NCBI GenBank assembly: GCA_040954595.2
Contig: CM082590.2
Coordinates: 10,070,088-10,134,087, forward strand
Source: Balanoglossus misakiensis
Taxonomy: Eukaryota > Animalia > Hemichordata
Length of the DNA: 64,000 bases
Direction of reading: 5' to 3'
How positions within the stretch are numbered: the first letter of the stretch is position 1; each line of letters begins with the position of its first letter. The position numbers and the translations under genes are program-made. Shown here in pieces: positions 14,801-27,036 of the stretch. The notes under the pieces were generated by a model. That model saw only the letters and a list, made by a program, of their open reading frames with translations, was not told the origin of the DNA and did no database searches.

Positions 14801-15758
14801 TAATACAAGTAACTCCGCTGGCCTGGAGAGGGGAGACCTGAATCATCACTGAACGAAAAGTGATTCTTTCTCTGTTATGGACAAAACTGCACTTCATCAT
14901 CTCGCCTTTATGTCAAAAGAGCACATCACCCAGTAGCGTGAGTGAGAACCGAGATACCTTTCCATCCAAACCCACTCCACTCTAAAAACACTTGCTACAT
15001 TAATTTCTTAATGTGAAGTCGCTGCCTGAAATGTGTAAACCAAATCGCCATTTCTTGTACTCCGCGCGGCCGATGACCAAAATTTTCGAAGTACATGTCT
15101 TTCTGCTGGTACGGTAGTAGTAATATCAGTTTAATATGTGTGACTTGTACAGGTTTCATGGTTAACCGACTGAATAAAAAAATAACTGACAAGTATTGAG
15201 TAATAATTAAGAACTCCTGACAAAAGATAGCTCGCAACCGTAAAACCACATAAGCATTTGAATATTACATCTTGACGTGAGTTCACCACTGACTGTACAA
15301 GGTTCCCGAGTTTATCAAAAAAGCGTCTCACAGACACACGATTCTTTTCTTTAAAAAATCGAATTCACGTTGAATGTTCTGCTCGCTTAGAGTAATTAAC
15401 AACGCGAACATAAAGTTCTTTCTGGACGAGGGTATGCTTTGGTGGCCGAGTGAAGGCCCTTAAACCTCGGTCATTACAAAATCAATACAGGACAAAATTG
15501 CCAAACGGTACACAAAGACCAAGTACATCGGCTGGGGGCTAGTAAAAACCAGCCCCGTTCACGTGTGAAGTTCGCCGACGCTATGTTGGAACGCAATGCG
15601 AAGAAAAGTTAAAACAGAAATCTCAAACAAAACAAAAATCATCGAAGCATTTTTGTATCCCCATGCTAACGTCGAGTACACCAATGAAAAAAAGGCTCTC
15701 GTTTGGTTTATCTTTAAGTACTGTCGGGACTGGGAACTTGTATTGTATTTCAGATGTC

Positions 15759-15764
15759 TTTATT
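15759..15764 (-). promoter_or_regulatory. Possible proximal polyadenylation signal
   Basis: AATAAA on the minus strand ~90 nt after the stop codon; could be chance in AT-rich DNA. Confidence 0.25.
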
Positions 15765-15854
15765 TTATCAATGTTGAATCATCCTCTTGGCCTGTTAATA
15801 CCAGGTAATTTTTATACAGTAATAAAGCTTGGACATGAGATCAATTTGCCGTCC

Positions 15855-16162
15855 TCATGGTAAACCATGCGGTGCCGTCTGTTGTTGTTCTTGTTGTTTT
15901 CGTTCGTTCTCTTCCCTCAGTCGCATTTTCTTGAGTTTCATGCGCCTATTCTGGAACCAGATTTTCACCTGGCGCTCCGTGAGGTTGAGCGCCCTGGCAA
16001 TGTCCGTCCTGCGGTCTCTGGTCAGGTACATGTTGTACAAAAATTCTTTTTCTAATTCTAAGGTTTGATATTTCGTGTATGGCTTCCTCTTTTTGCGGTT
16101 CCGTGTCGGCTGCTGACCGCCGATCCACACGTAGTTCGAACTGGTGGTCGTCGGCGTTGTTT
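15855..16162 (-). CDS. Hox11/13a: Posterior Hox gene, Hox11/13a-like, coding exon 2 (homeobox exon)
   Basis: Acceptor TGTCTTTTCAG| precedes 16162. Encodes NYVW...[59 protein letters not shown], with TGA at 15857-15855. 394+308 nt = 234 codons. [27 protein letters not shown] fits ambulacrarian Hox11/13a better than Hox9/10 (RKKRCPY) or Hox11/13b,c (RTKRRPYSK). Confidence 0.95.
15921..16100 (-). other. Homeobox (60 codons)
   Basis: Canonical residues R5, Y8, L16, F20, W48, F49, Q50, N51 and R53 are all present. Confidence 0.97.
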
Positions 16163-19100
16163 CTGAAAAGACAAGACACACATGAATACAACAGCGACAA
16201 AAATGCAACGACAACACAACCAGCAAAGGAACAACGACAACACAACCAGCACAACTCTAGTGGTCACTAAACCACCACCCGACCAGCAAATATTTCCACT
16301 AAATACTCGCAGTCGCACCAAACCAAACGGACAATGTGTTTAAACCCCCAAGAACACAGAACACCTAACCACACTTCGGAAGCCGCGTTTATAGAGAAAC
16401 TCTCGAAGACAGGGCAGATGCCGACACCACGCCGTCCTTAAAATATCTGAGCTCACGGCGTGGTGTCGGCATGTTTCTATTCTCCGGTGTTTTCGAAAGG
16501 TACCCACTGATGTCCCGTGGCATTGCAAACAAACAATCATGGAGAACGAAATTGGTTGATACATGGTCAAGCATGCATTTTATCGGAGTAAGGCTTGTTA
16601 AAAGATTTTTGTTCAGAACACCGTCAACAAACTGAAGTAAGGTTGACCTGTGTATGTACAACACATATATCTCAAACTATTTACATTCAAAAGTCTGTTT
16701 GGCGATCCTTTTGCGATAAAAATGTCCAAAATAGTAAAATTGGTAGTTTATATTTATATTTTTAATCATAAATGATTCTTGTAACACAAGTGTTTCGTCG
16801 GTATAACTGAATATGCTTTGAAATGAAAACGGTTAAAGAAGAGAACGCGTGTATCACACATGCAAGCCATCGATTTTTTCTGTTCTGGGAAATGTTGCTA
16901 CGTTTACTTTATTTACAGTTTATCCAGACTAGACAGGAGAAAAATAAACGTCTATTTCGGGCTCAGGGTAGATTTTATGGTTTGCAGTTTGTAGAAGATG
17001 TCCTCTTTTGACAGTGTGCATATGGGGAAAGGAAAACAGGAGACGACATGCCCAGCGCAGACGAGAGCTGTGGTAATGGATTACGGTAAAATCAAGCTTT
17101 GCGCGTCTACATGAGAAATGATCAGTGAGAGTAGATCTCAACTTAAGGGAGCTAGCTATCTCCCTCCTCTAATTTCCCCAGAAAATGGGAATGTCAGGAA
17201 CACGCAACAGGGACCGAAGACGAGTGATGCTTTCTCGCTCTGGGAGGGACCCTACCTCCCCCCTCCCCCAAGAAAACCCCCCAGATGCTTAAGATGAATT
17301 ATTAGCAAAGGCCACGTACAATAATTACACCAAACTGGTATCAATCTACCAAGACATTAACCCCACGTCCCTTATTTATAAGAACCATATATCTACACAA
17401 ACATGACCTAACTGTCTTCCTTCCTTTCGTTTTATAAATATTTAAATATATTTCTGACAGATAACATTTCATATACGCATGTTCTTGGAAATTAGTTTTT
17501 TTCACCCGATAATGAAAAGAAACATGTGTCCCCATTTGTGTTTTCTGTAAACGGGCTTTCTTGAGTTCTATATGGTGGTGATGTATATTGGTTTGTTTAG
17601 GATGCCCCAATTTCATGGCTTTAAAATCGTGTGTCGGTGTTTTATATCTAAAATATTAATGTGGTCACGAATGAAACCAGACAGGTTGATTACGCGGTAT
17701 GTTTCTAATGCGAGTCTCGTATATCCTCGTCTTTGTTTTAAAAATAAGTAATGCTATTTTTTTCTCTCTCAAGGTAACTCGAAATAATGACAGTGGCACG
17801 TCAGAGTTTGAAAATATATGTTTGTATGCGTCCGGTTTCCACGACTCGAAAAATCATCCCTGTATTCGCACAAAACGGCCGTAAATTATTTTGCGTGAAA
17901 TTTATAGAATATAGTAGCGGTGGCCTTGAGTGCGCAAGATCAAAGAAACCGACAGCAGAGAGCCAGGATGTTCTATGGAGATTCTTGCGTCACAGAAAAT
18001 TCTGTGTCCACCTGGTTTGACGCCGACAGGCCAAGCCGCCCGGTTCTTTCCTTCAAAACACCTCGAGTGTCCTTTAAACAGGGGGAGGGGACAGGAGGTT
18101 TAATCTCCTCTGTATTGTCGCGCGCGTGTTTGAAAATAAAATCCAGGCTGACATTTTAGCTATCTTTGTCCACAGTGATCCAGCTTACCCGAAGAGATAA
18201 TACCGGGAGCCTTTAAAATATCTGTGACAAAATGAAATATTGGGGAATATTCTAAAGGGATGTGAGGCAGAACTGGAAACCGCGGAAGCCGACAATTGGA
18301 TAGGGGACGGGAGACTGGGTCGGTGTCTCCTCTATTCCCAAGCTTCAACGGGAATTAATCGTTCACTGTGTCGATTTTTCTGCCGTGAATATCGCCGCTC
18401 GCAAACAAAATGATTAATTTCGAAAGCCCCTTCCGAGGATATTAAAAAAAACGCCGTACATGATTTGAAGTTCCTTTTTTGTTGTCCGGGGTACATTATG
18501 GCGGATTATGACTGCATTTTCACGATTGAACATTAGAAAAATAAACAGGTTTGCAGTAAAATGGGACATTAATGCACGTATTACGAGCTTAACAGCGTAT
18601 GACGGTAAACGAACGATTTGTACCGGTTCGAATATGAGGGACCCTGTCCGTCGAACGTTCTCTGCGAGACAGGTGTCCACCTGGAAAGTAACAGGCCAAC
18701 ACCTTCAGGAACTTCTACGCACGAATACACACCAAGTTCGCCTCCCATACTACAAAACATGCAAAGAAAGTTTCCAAGTCTCCCCAGGAAGGAGCACATG
18801 GGGGATACCGGTGGCTGAGGTGATGAGTACATTTTACGACGCCACAAATATGGTGTTCCCTCGCGTCAATACAACTTACGCGCACCGTTATACAGCCCCA
18901 GTTCAGAGTTTAAAAGGATATTGTGCAGACGAATATCCAACCACTACTATGCAATATTCAGCGGAATTATTTACAATAACATCGGTTTCTGGTCATAATT
19001 TTAATCTACCAGAGACACAATCCCCTATATTAGCTTGTCTGCTCCTAAAATTTATACACAGCGACTAAAAATTTAGGAGACGACAATATTTGTACAGTGA

Positions 19101-19164
19101 TTTCCAGAACGAGAGTGTATAAAGCAGTAATGTTAGAAGATAACCAATCGTGGTGTTGACCTAC
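16163..19164 (-). other. Single 3002-bp GT-AG intron of the Hox11/13a-like gene
   Basis: GT at 19164-19163 and AG at 16164-16163 on the minus strand. The phase is compatible and the position just upstream of the homeobox is typical of Hox genes. Confidence 0.88.
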
Positions 19165-19558
19165 CTGTTGTCTGAGGTTGTTTTGGTGTGTTGTCTTGTG
19201 GTGGTGGTGGCGGTGCGGGCTGCGACGACGGGTAGTTTCTGCTGAAATCGCTCTGTACCATGGGGCTGCTGCCGAGTATGCTGGAGTGGTTCCCGAAATA
19301 ACTGGAAGTGTTGACGTTGGATGCATCGTTCTGGACGTGCCATGCCGAGTTATCGTTCGGGTAGCCGCTCAGATTCGCAGCGTTGTTCGAATGGTAAGGA
19401 AACCCGCTCATAAAACCGACATAATTTGCGCTGGATGGAAGGTTAAACGAATTATTACTGCTTGGTCCGTCGTAAAAGGCTCCCAGCCCGTGAAATGGTT
19501 TGGTCGGCGGGGCAAGCGGCCCTTGCGGTGCGGCCATAGTCTGAGCGTTGTACTGCAT
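19165..19558 (-). CDS. Hox11/13a: Posterior (Abd-B class) Hox gene, Hox11/13a-like, coding exon 1
   Basis: ATG at 19558 opens MQYNAQTMAAPQGPLAPPTKPFHGLGAFYDG..., a Ser/Asn/Pro/Tyr-rich Hox-type N-terminus. The exon ends at a strong donor CAG|GTAGGT (last exon base 19165, phase 1), which joins exon 2 in frame (G+AA = Glu). Confidence 0.9.
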
Positions 19559-19989
19559 TTTATATATAGATATAAAAAATAGTCACTTCTCGACAGTCCT
19601 TCTAATGAATACACCGCCCAGCGTCTCGCAGATTTCACCAGCGATAAATATTGCTAGGATTCTCTCGGGACTTTCCTGTGTCAGTCAGCGGGCTTTTTGA
19701 CCAGAAAAGCACGAGGCGTTCAGCTCACAACATCGGTGCATGGGAACTCTACGTCTAATAGTCTCTATGCGCAGGTGATTCTCTGTGACAATATTGATGG
19801 CGTTTTTTTTTCGCGGCAAAAAATGTCTGCTCACCGAAAACGCCGGTAACACGTTGCCACTGTCTCGTCGAGTTTGTGTCGATGTTGGGGGATGTAGAAC
19901 ACTTACTATGTACACACCACACGGGGGTTGTGCGATATACAGCCAGCCTCAAGGACATGGGATACCCACAAAAACACTCACCGACAAAT

Positions 19990-20298
19990 CACGTGGACAA
20001 CTCTCCGCCAATCAGCAGCCAGAAGCTAAACCGGGCCTTGAAATGTGCCGTTCTGACAGAAATACCGACACGTGTGATACGAGCGAACAGAAATCGTCCC
20101 TCCTTTTCAAAATTTTGACAAAGAATATTAATTAATCTAACTGTGCGTTTTTTCCTCTCGAACAGAAAAAATAGTGTGTGCACAAAAGACGGGAATCGCT
20201 TGAAATCATCACGCCTCCTCTAATGACGGCACACAGACCCGTAAGTGCCAATTTTATATGTCCGTAGGGGTTACCCATGACGCTTGCCACACGCCCCA
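19990..20298 (-). promoter_or_regulatory. Candidate promoter region of the Hox11/13a-like gene
   Basis: E-box CACGTG (~19990) next to GCCAATCAG (~20007). TATAAAA on the minus strand at 20258-20252, with an SP/KLF-like CCACACGCCCC (~20287-20297) upstream of it. Confidence 0.4.
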
Positions 20299-23200
20299 CA
20301 CAAAAACCGGTCTGTGTGGATTTTTCCTGTCTTGTGTACAAAAAGAATGGAGAAAATAAAACTTTCGAGATTGTGTAAAATGAAATGAAGTTTGTGTGTG
20401 TGATTTGGGTGATAAAGGTGTTATGAGTTTACGTACGACGAGTTGTGGGATAGGGAAATGACCCAACAGGACTGTTTTATGAAAGCACTAAAACGAAGGA
20501 TACGACCAGTTTGGCGATACTATACAACAACCGTCTGGATGTGTAAGACACAGTCAAACATCATCTCCAGTTAAAAACGCGTCTTTTCCGCTCAGAGAGA
20601 TAGACATGAACCAGCGAGTCCAGAATGGATCCGCTTTTTCAAAACGAACACCGTTGGCGTTTCTGGTTGTCATGTGCTGCCATGTTAGTCGCTGTGCCCT
20701 CAAAAAGCAGGCGTGAAAGAGAAGTTGGTCTTCTGAAAATTTGGCGGACAGTGACAGAATTCTATGCCGAAAGGTAAGTGGACTCTATTTGTCATTTTTT
20801 TCCATGGTACGACATTTCCATAAAGGTAAAAACACACGATCGATCTTCTGATCAAATATTGTCGGCCGCCTACGGCCTGGTGAAGCGCCACGCGCTTGGA
20901 ACAGGTTGAGAATGACTGCTCGATCAAAATGCGTTCTGCCAACGCGCATGGACAGTTCTCCTAGCCGACCATGTATTCACAATACCACAGGAAAATTCCC
21001 AGAGAAAATCCAAGATTGTTCTAGCATTTAGTAGTCTTCATATACGAACGATTATCCGAAAGCGGTCGCCCCAAAATATATCCCCGGAGCCGTGCGCCTG
21101 ATCACCCAGTAAAAGTTATTCGGCCCCGGCAAATTTGACGCGCCCGTCGACTTCCCCCCGGTGATCAGCGATCTGTATTGACACTCACAAATGGGCGTTA
21201 AGTTGAAAAATTACTCTCTAAAATTCCTAAAGAGGTGTCATTATTAAGATCACCCAGACTCCTCGCCACGCGTTCATAACACAGTGTAGTTATTGCATTG
21301 CAAAAGATGTGACAGTTATCTAGATGTCGGTATACACACTGTACATCCGACATAAAATAAGTAAATTAGCTAATATTATTGCATTTATTTTTAAACAGAC
21401 TAGACAACACATAAAATATTCATTATCCCTTAAATATTGTCGTTGTTATTTAACTTGAAACACGATTTACCAAAAAGACTGACGGAATACATTTTTAAAT
21501 AGAAGCACATATTTTTTTACAATGTTTTACTTTAGTCTTTGGGCAATTCGCTGTATGATATAAAAAGGAATTATGGACGCGTTGTTGAAGTCTCGTTCTC
21601 ATTTTGTCGCTTCATGAATCATTGTTGGACAAACCCATCTACATCCATACGACAATTGACTGACAGAGCAAATGGTTTGGGCACCAAACGGCGTCACAAT
21701 TTCTCCATGAAAAGAGCAATTTGCGAGACGGTAGGAAGTAGTGTGTGCGTGTGAATACACCGCAAAGTTGGCAGCAAACGTTGAGTGGTTCCGCGCGCCA
21801 AAAAGAACTAACTTTCGGGATGTTAGCTATCGTCCCCTATGGAAGTCTTCTCCACTTGCGAATAAGTTACGAATACAGAACACTTTGCGAAGAAACTTGA
21901 AATGTCGCCTGAATTTCTCCTAAACACTCTTTCTCCTTCCCCCCATTCATTCAGACGCTGGCCATTCTCTCGCACCCTACAATACAGACTTTTTATTAGT
22001 ACTAAAAACGCTGAAACGGGCATATAAATGTCTTGATAATTCACAGTGTCGTTTCATTGGTGTCTTGTAGTATTAGGAATAGACTTAAAGACCAAATTCC
22101 GTTCAAAAAGTCTATGGACAACATTTGGTATTTTGTCAAGTATAATAGGACAAAGACAATTAAACAGTACGAGGTGCTGGGTTCTACGGATAGAATCAGA
22201 AATGACAGTGGACTCCCAGATATCTAAAATCAGAATTGTGGAAACGACTATACGAATTACCACATACAAATGAAACCATGATTTGAACTTTGTAGAACAG
22301 TATCGTATTCCGCACCGTATAATTTTATATTTTTCTCATGATCAGCTTCTAACGTATATCAGTTTTCCCAAGGCCATAATCATTAAGGAACCAACTCTCT
22401 ATCAGCCGCCAAACCGACGCTGACATTTTAACCCAGCATTCACGGTAAAACCGGAAATAGCGCTAACTTATAATCATGCGAAATAATTTCACTTTTTGAT
22501 CCATGATGAATGTCTTTGCGTGTTTTAACAATTTCGCGCTTTTTTGCGAGCAGTACTCAAGTGGTTTTCTGTTCGCGTTCGGGTAGAAAGTAAAAGTGTA
22601 TACACAGTGCTTGAAATGCGAAGAGATCGTTCATGATTATTGTTAATTAAAACTCACCTAAATCGAAATTATGAGCTCGTAATGTGTGAGAACGCTAAGA
22701 GGTCTTGAGAGGGCAAAGCCACAAGAAAAAATACCTTGAAGGTGACATTAGAAAGTCATTTTGTGCCAATAATTTCATGGTAGAACCGAGACATTATTTT
22801 TCTGGACATTATAAAGTAATGCTAGATCTATGTGACATTTGCTCTCGAATACTTATGGAACTGGGTGAGACATATTTGATATTTAAACTTGAATTCAGGC
22901 TTTAAACAATTTCCACATTCGCGTGAAATTATTGGTTTTGTACCAATTTCATCAGGACTGGAGTAGTGTATCGCGCAAAAGACACGCACTTCCGGTAGCA
23001 GAGGGGGAGGTGAGTTATGACCATCGTTAGGTTCATACAAGGCAATCCTTTGAGACTGCGAATTTGTACAGAAAATGCAATTAATTATGCATTTCGTTTC
23101 AGATCAATGTCAATTTGACGGGCGAATTTCACTAATAAGGAACCCTACAAAATTATGTTATTTAACAATTATTACCGCGAAATACTTAATTATTCAGTTA

Positions 23201-26191
23201 GTGTCACATTCTGTCTCTGTTAGAGATACTGTTACATATTATTCAAAAAAGAGAGAAAAATATTGCATATAAAAACCACAGATGATCTCACAAACCGCAG
23301 TATGTCTGAACATGCTTTGGCGGGAAATTTCTATCATTTGGAAAAAAGTTCTCAATGAAGCGAACACAACAAAAGGCGAAGTTGGTGATTCTCATTTGTA
23401 TGCACAGTGTCAGCAGGTGATTTATGACAGCCAGATGATTCCAGTGGGATTATTCCCTTCTGATCTGTTCGTGTTTACTGTTGTTCTCCTGCGCTGGTAG
23501 TGATGTTAGCCGAAAGCCGAGATTTCGTTTGTTCCGGAGTCAACGCAATTGAGCGGATTTAGACAGATGCACATCCGTGCCGAGCTATCTTTTTTTCGCT
23601 CGAATGTTTGAAACTTCGTGTTATAAATTTACCACAACTGGAACTATGTTATGATCATAAGATCTCCAGAAATATCGTATAAATCAATGAGTTCTATGAA
23701 ACTGAATATATATTTTCTGGAAATTATTTGCTTTTCAGTAAAAAATATTAGAATTACAAAAATAACAAAGTAGAACTTTCAAGCTGCTTTCAAGATCTTA
23801 TTATCACAAAGTAGTTCCAATCGTCTTCTTCGATTGGCATGTGTAAATTTGTGTCCTTAGATTTCGAACAAAATATCTTGTGTACTCTGTTGTTAAGGTA
23901 CTAGAATGAGTTAGGCGAGAGAAAATGCTTGAATTCGCATGAGCTGTTCTCACAGTGGCGTGTCTCTTGCGACTACCGGTTCGAGTTGCCAGCTCGTTTG
24001 TGACTGCCAACTCAACCAGAATGTAGCGAAGACAAATTACATGAATTTGTGGCGAATCATTGAGCCCCAAAAGCCCAATTCATCTCTGACGTTTCCTTGT
24101 TTAGTTAACTCAGGGTGACGCGCGGGTGTCTCCTCTCTCCCCGTTGTTTGAAAGATGGAGTCTACCACAGCGAAAATATAAAACACTCCAAAAACACGGT
24201 TGGGATTGAAAAATGACGACATGAGAATGCTACCAGGCACGCGTTGAAATACAGCCGTGCTGGGTTCTGCACATAGATTCTATAGCGGCCTGCCAAACGC
24301 GCGCGTTTGTCATTCTATGGTCGTCGAACAGTGAGAAAAGAAGTGCCGTGTCCTCCTTTCTGCCATTGTCACAGCTAATTAAATTGTTACGTTGTTCTGA
24401 AAAGCAGCCAACTGGAAAAACCTCTCTTACAAAGCCACCACACAATTGAACATTTGTATCAGACCAGTACAAAATAGAATGGAGAGACATTAACTGTAAT
24501 AACGATTTAGTAAAAAATAATTGGTTAAATTAGTCAGTTAACCAAACTCGAACTGTACATGTAGTTATACTTATACAAGGAAAGCTTATACGTATTTCAC
24601 ACATTGGCACACTCAGTGTACAATGATGAAGTCGCAGATGTTTCAATACATGTAACTCTGTTTATGGTTACCTGTAAATACCAGTTTAGGATATACATAC
24701 AATAGCGTATAACAAACGTGGAATAAATAACCAGCTCGGTGGATGGCTGTAATGACAAGGAAACCAGAAAGAATTTCACTCGTTGGCGGACGAGGTGGTC
24801 AGACGGAAACAATGAATAATAATAACCAGAGAATCGTTGCCAAAAGTCGATCGATGATGACTGGACAATTGCTAGCTACTTAAACTCTTTAACTAAGGTG
24901 TCTTGATGGACACTGGCAGAAGAGAAAGGGAATAAAACAACAGAGGAGAACGTAAAAGATGGTTGCTCTATTCACACAATTACTAATAAAACGCCGATTC
25001 GATTGTAATTGATGGCTCGAACATGTCCAGTCTATTATGCATACTGGCTGTGTTCGGACGATGGCAGTTTTGGTAACTGCTCTTCTAATTAAACAATAAA
25101 ATATTACGGTCTGATTTGAAGAGGGTAATCTTGTGTCCTGCTCGTACAAGGCAAACTAAGTCCCATCGACCGTCAAAGACCCGGACCGGGGGAAAAATCG
25201 AATCTAGTTTGGACGTCGTTAGTACTGTTTTAATGAAGATCGCATCAGCGCATTGTTCTCAAGTAATGAAGTTGGTCATAACTGGAAGGACTTGTACTGA
25301 TTTGTGACATACCCACACCGACAGAAATTATTTCTGACTTGATTTGGTAGAGCAAAAACGTCTGTGTATTTGTTGAGATTGTTTTTACACTTTTTATCTT
25401 CATAGAACTACCCGAACACTTTTAGTCAAGTTATAACTATGTCAAGGCGACCGGTACGGGTAACTGTTTATGTTAAATTGATTAAAAACTGGATTAGAGT
25501 TATCACAATAGATTGCAGCATGGCAGACTATTCAGAACAGGGCAAGATTTGTATAATCTATCATAAGTATTCAGTAATTATGATAAAGAGTCGTGATTAA
25601 TCAGTGACATTGCAACATGTGTGCCAGGTTCGTGGGCAATCGATCTGTCATGTTCATTTTGTCTAGTCTCTTGAGCTATAATCACATTTGTCACAACTGG
25701 TGATACAATTACAAGATATCCAGTGCCTCTGTCCTGATGTGCGCTCTGTGATAATCCTCTAAATGAATCGAGAGAACAACCAAAACTGTCAGCAGTGTTC
25801 AGATATTTCCACCTGTTCTCAGGATAATTGTCATCTGCCATGCACTTTTAACAATGGCATACCCTTCTCGTACTTAAAAAGGTCACAGTACTCTGAAAAT
25901 TCAAAACCTTCCAAACAAGCATGTCACAGAACAAGACCATTGAAAGTTGTACTGGAATTACAATTGTTGTCAGTAGAAAAATTCACTTTTAGGCAAACAT
26001 CTGTGTTGTCATAATGGTGTAATATTGTTTTTAAAATAGTCAAAGTAACTGTGTACACAATTTTATTTTGCTTCTTGAAACCTGGCGAATAGCCGCGATA
26101 TGATTAGGTAATATACCAATATGGGCCATATGTCTACAACATACGTTCTTTATGTTCATCCTTGCATCACGAAAACATGATACATTTCATC

Positions 26192-26259
<68 letters not shown>
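26192..26259. repeat. (TCTA)n microsatellite
   Basis: Perfect tetranucleotide run. Confidence 0.99.
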
Positions 26260-26953
26260 CTTCATCTGCCTGTTTGACAAAAGTCACTGGGTTAAGCATG
26301 ACAACTTGGTTATTTTGGTATAACCTGATATTCTAATATTCTCACTGATAAACAAGCATTTTGACTGTCCTGACTTTATGTTCAATTAATCATTCATTTT
26401 TTGTAGTTCATGTCTTCTTGTCACACGCATGGTGTAAAAGCCATGTCCTCATGCCAATTTTAGACACAATTTTAATACTTTGTTGACACGAAAGGCCATG
26501 TTAATGTCGTGTGCAAATAAAATTCATGGTGCAATGTCAGCCGATTAAAAGTAGCTGTTCTAACATGAAATAGAAAGTGTTGGCCGAAAGATGGACGCTA
26601 ACAGCCGTGGAACTTCTTCGCTGCTGTGATTCTTCTTACAGCGCGTCGTCAAGAAGAACAAAACTCAACTCGTAGCCTGAAACATAGCGACGGGGTCATA
26701 TTCTGGAGACTTCATTTTGGACTACTTTTGAAGATGCCGGCTTAGTTGCAGTAATTTATGACCGGTGTCCCAATCAAATGAATGTAGGATTTAGTTGAGT
26801 GTGTATATTTACTTTTAAGTAAAAAAGTGCCTGGTTGGATAGACACGCTATCCAATTTCGCCATAAAAATTTTAGATTGTGACCAATGTCACGGGCTGTT
26901 GAACCCTACTACGTCACTGGTATCAGGTAATTAGATAAGGCTTTTGAGTCAGA

Positions 26954-26957
<4 letters not shown>

Positions 26958-27033
<76 letters not shown>
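26958..27033. repeat. (GA)n microsatellite
   Basis: Perfect dinucleotide run. Confidence 0.99.

Positions 27034-27036
<3 letters not shown>

Noticed and set aside
16163-16226. N-terminal extension of the homeobox ORF ([13 protein letters not shown]...)
   Set aside because: It is translated intronic UG-rich tract upstream of the splice acceptor.
18508-19068. 186-aa antisense ORF inside the Hox intron
   Set aside because: No recognisable domain or coding-like composition; compatible with chance.
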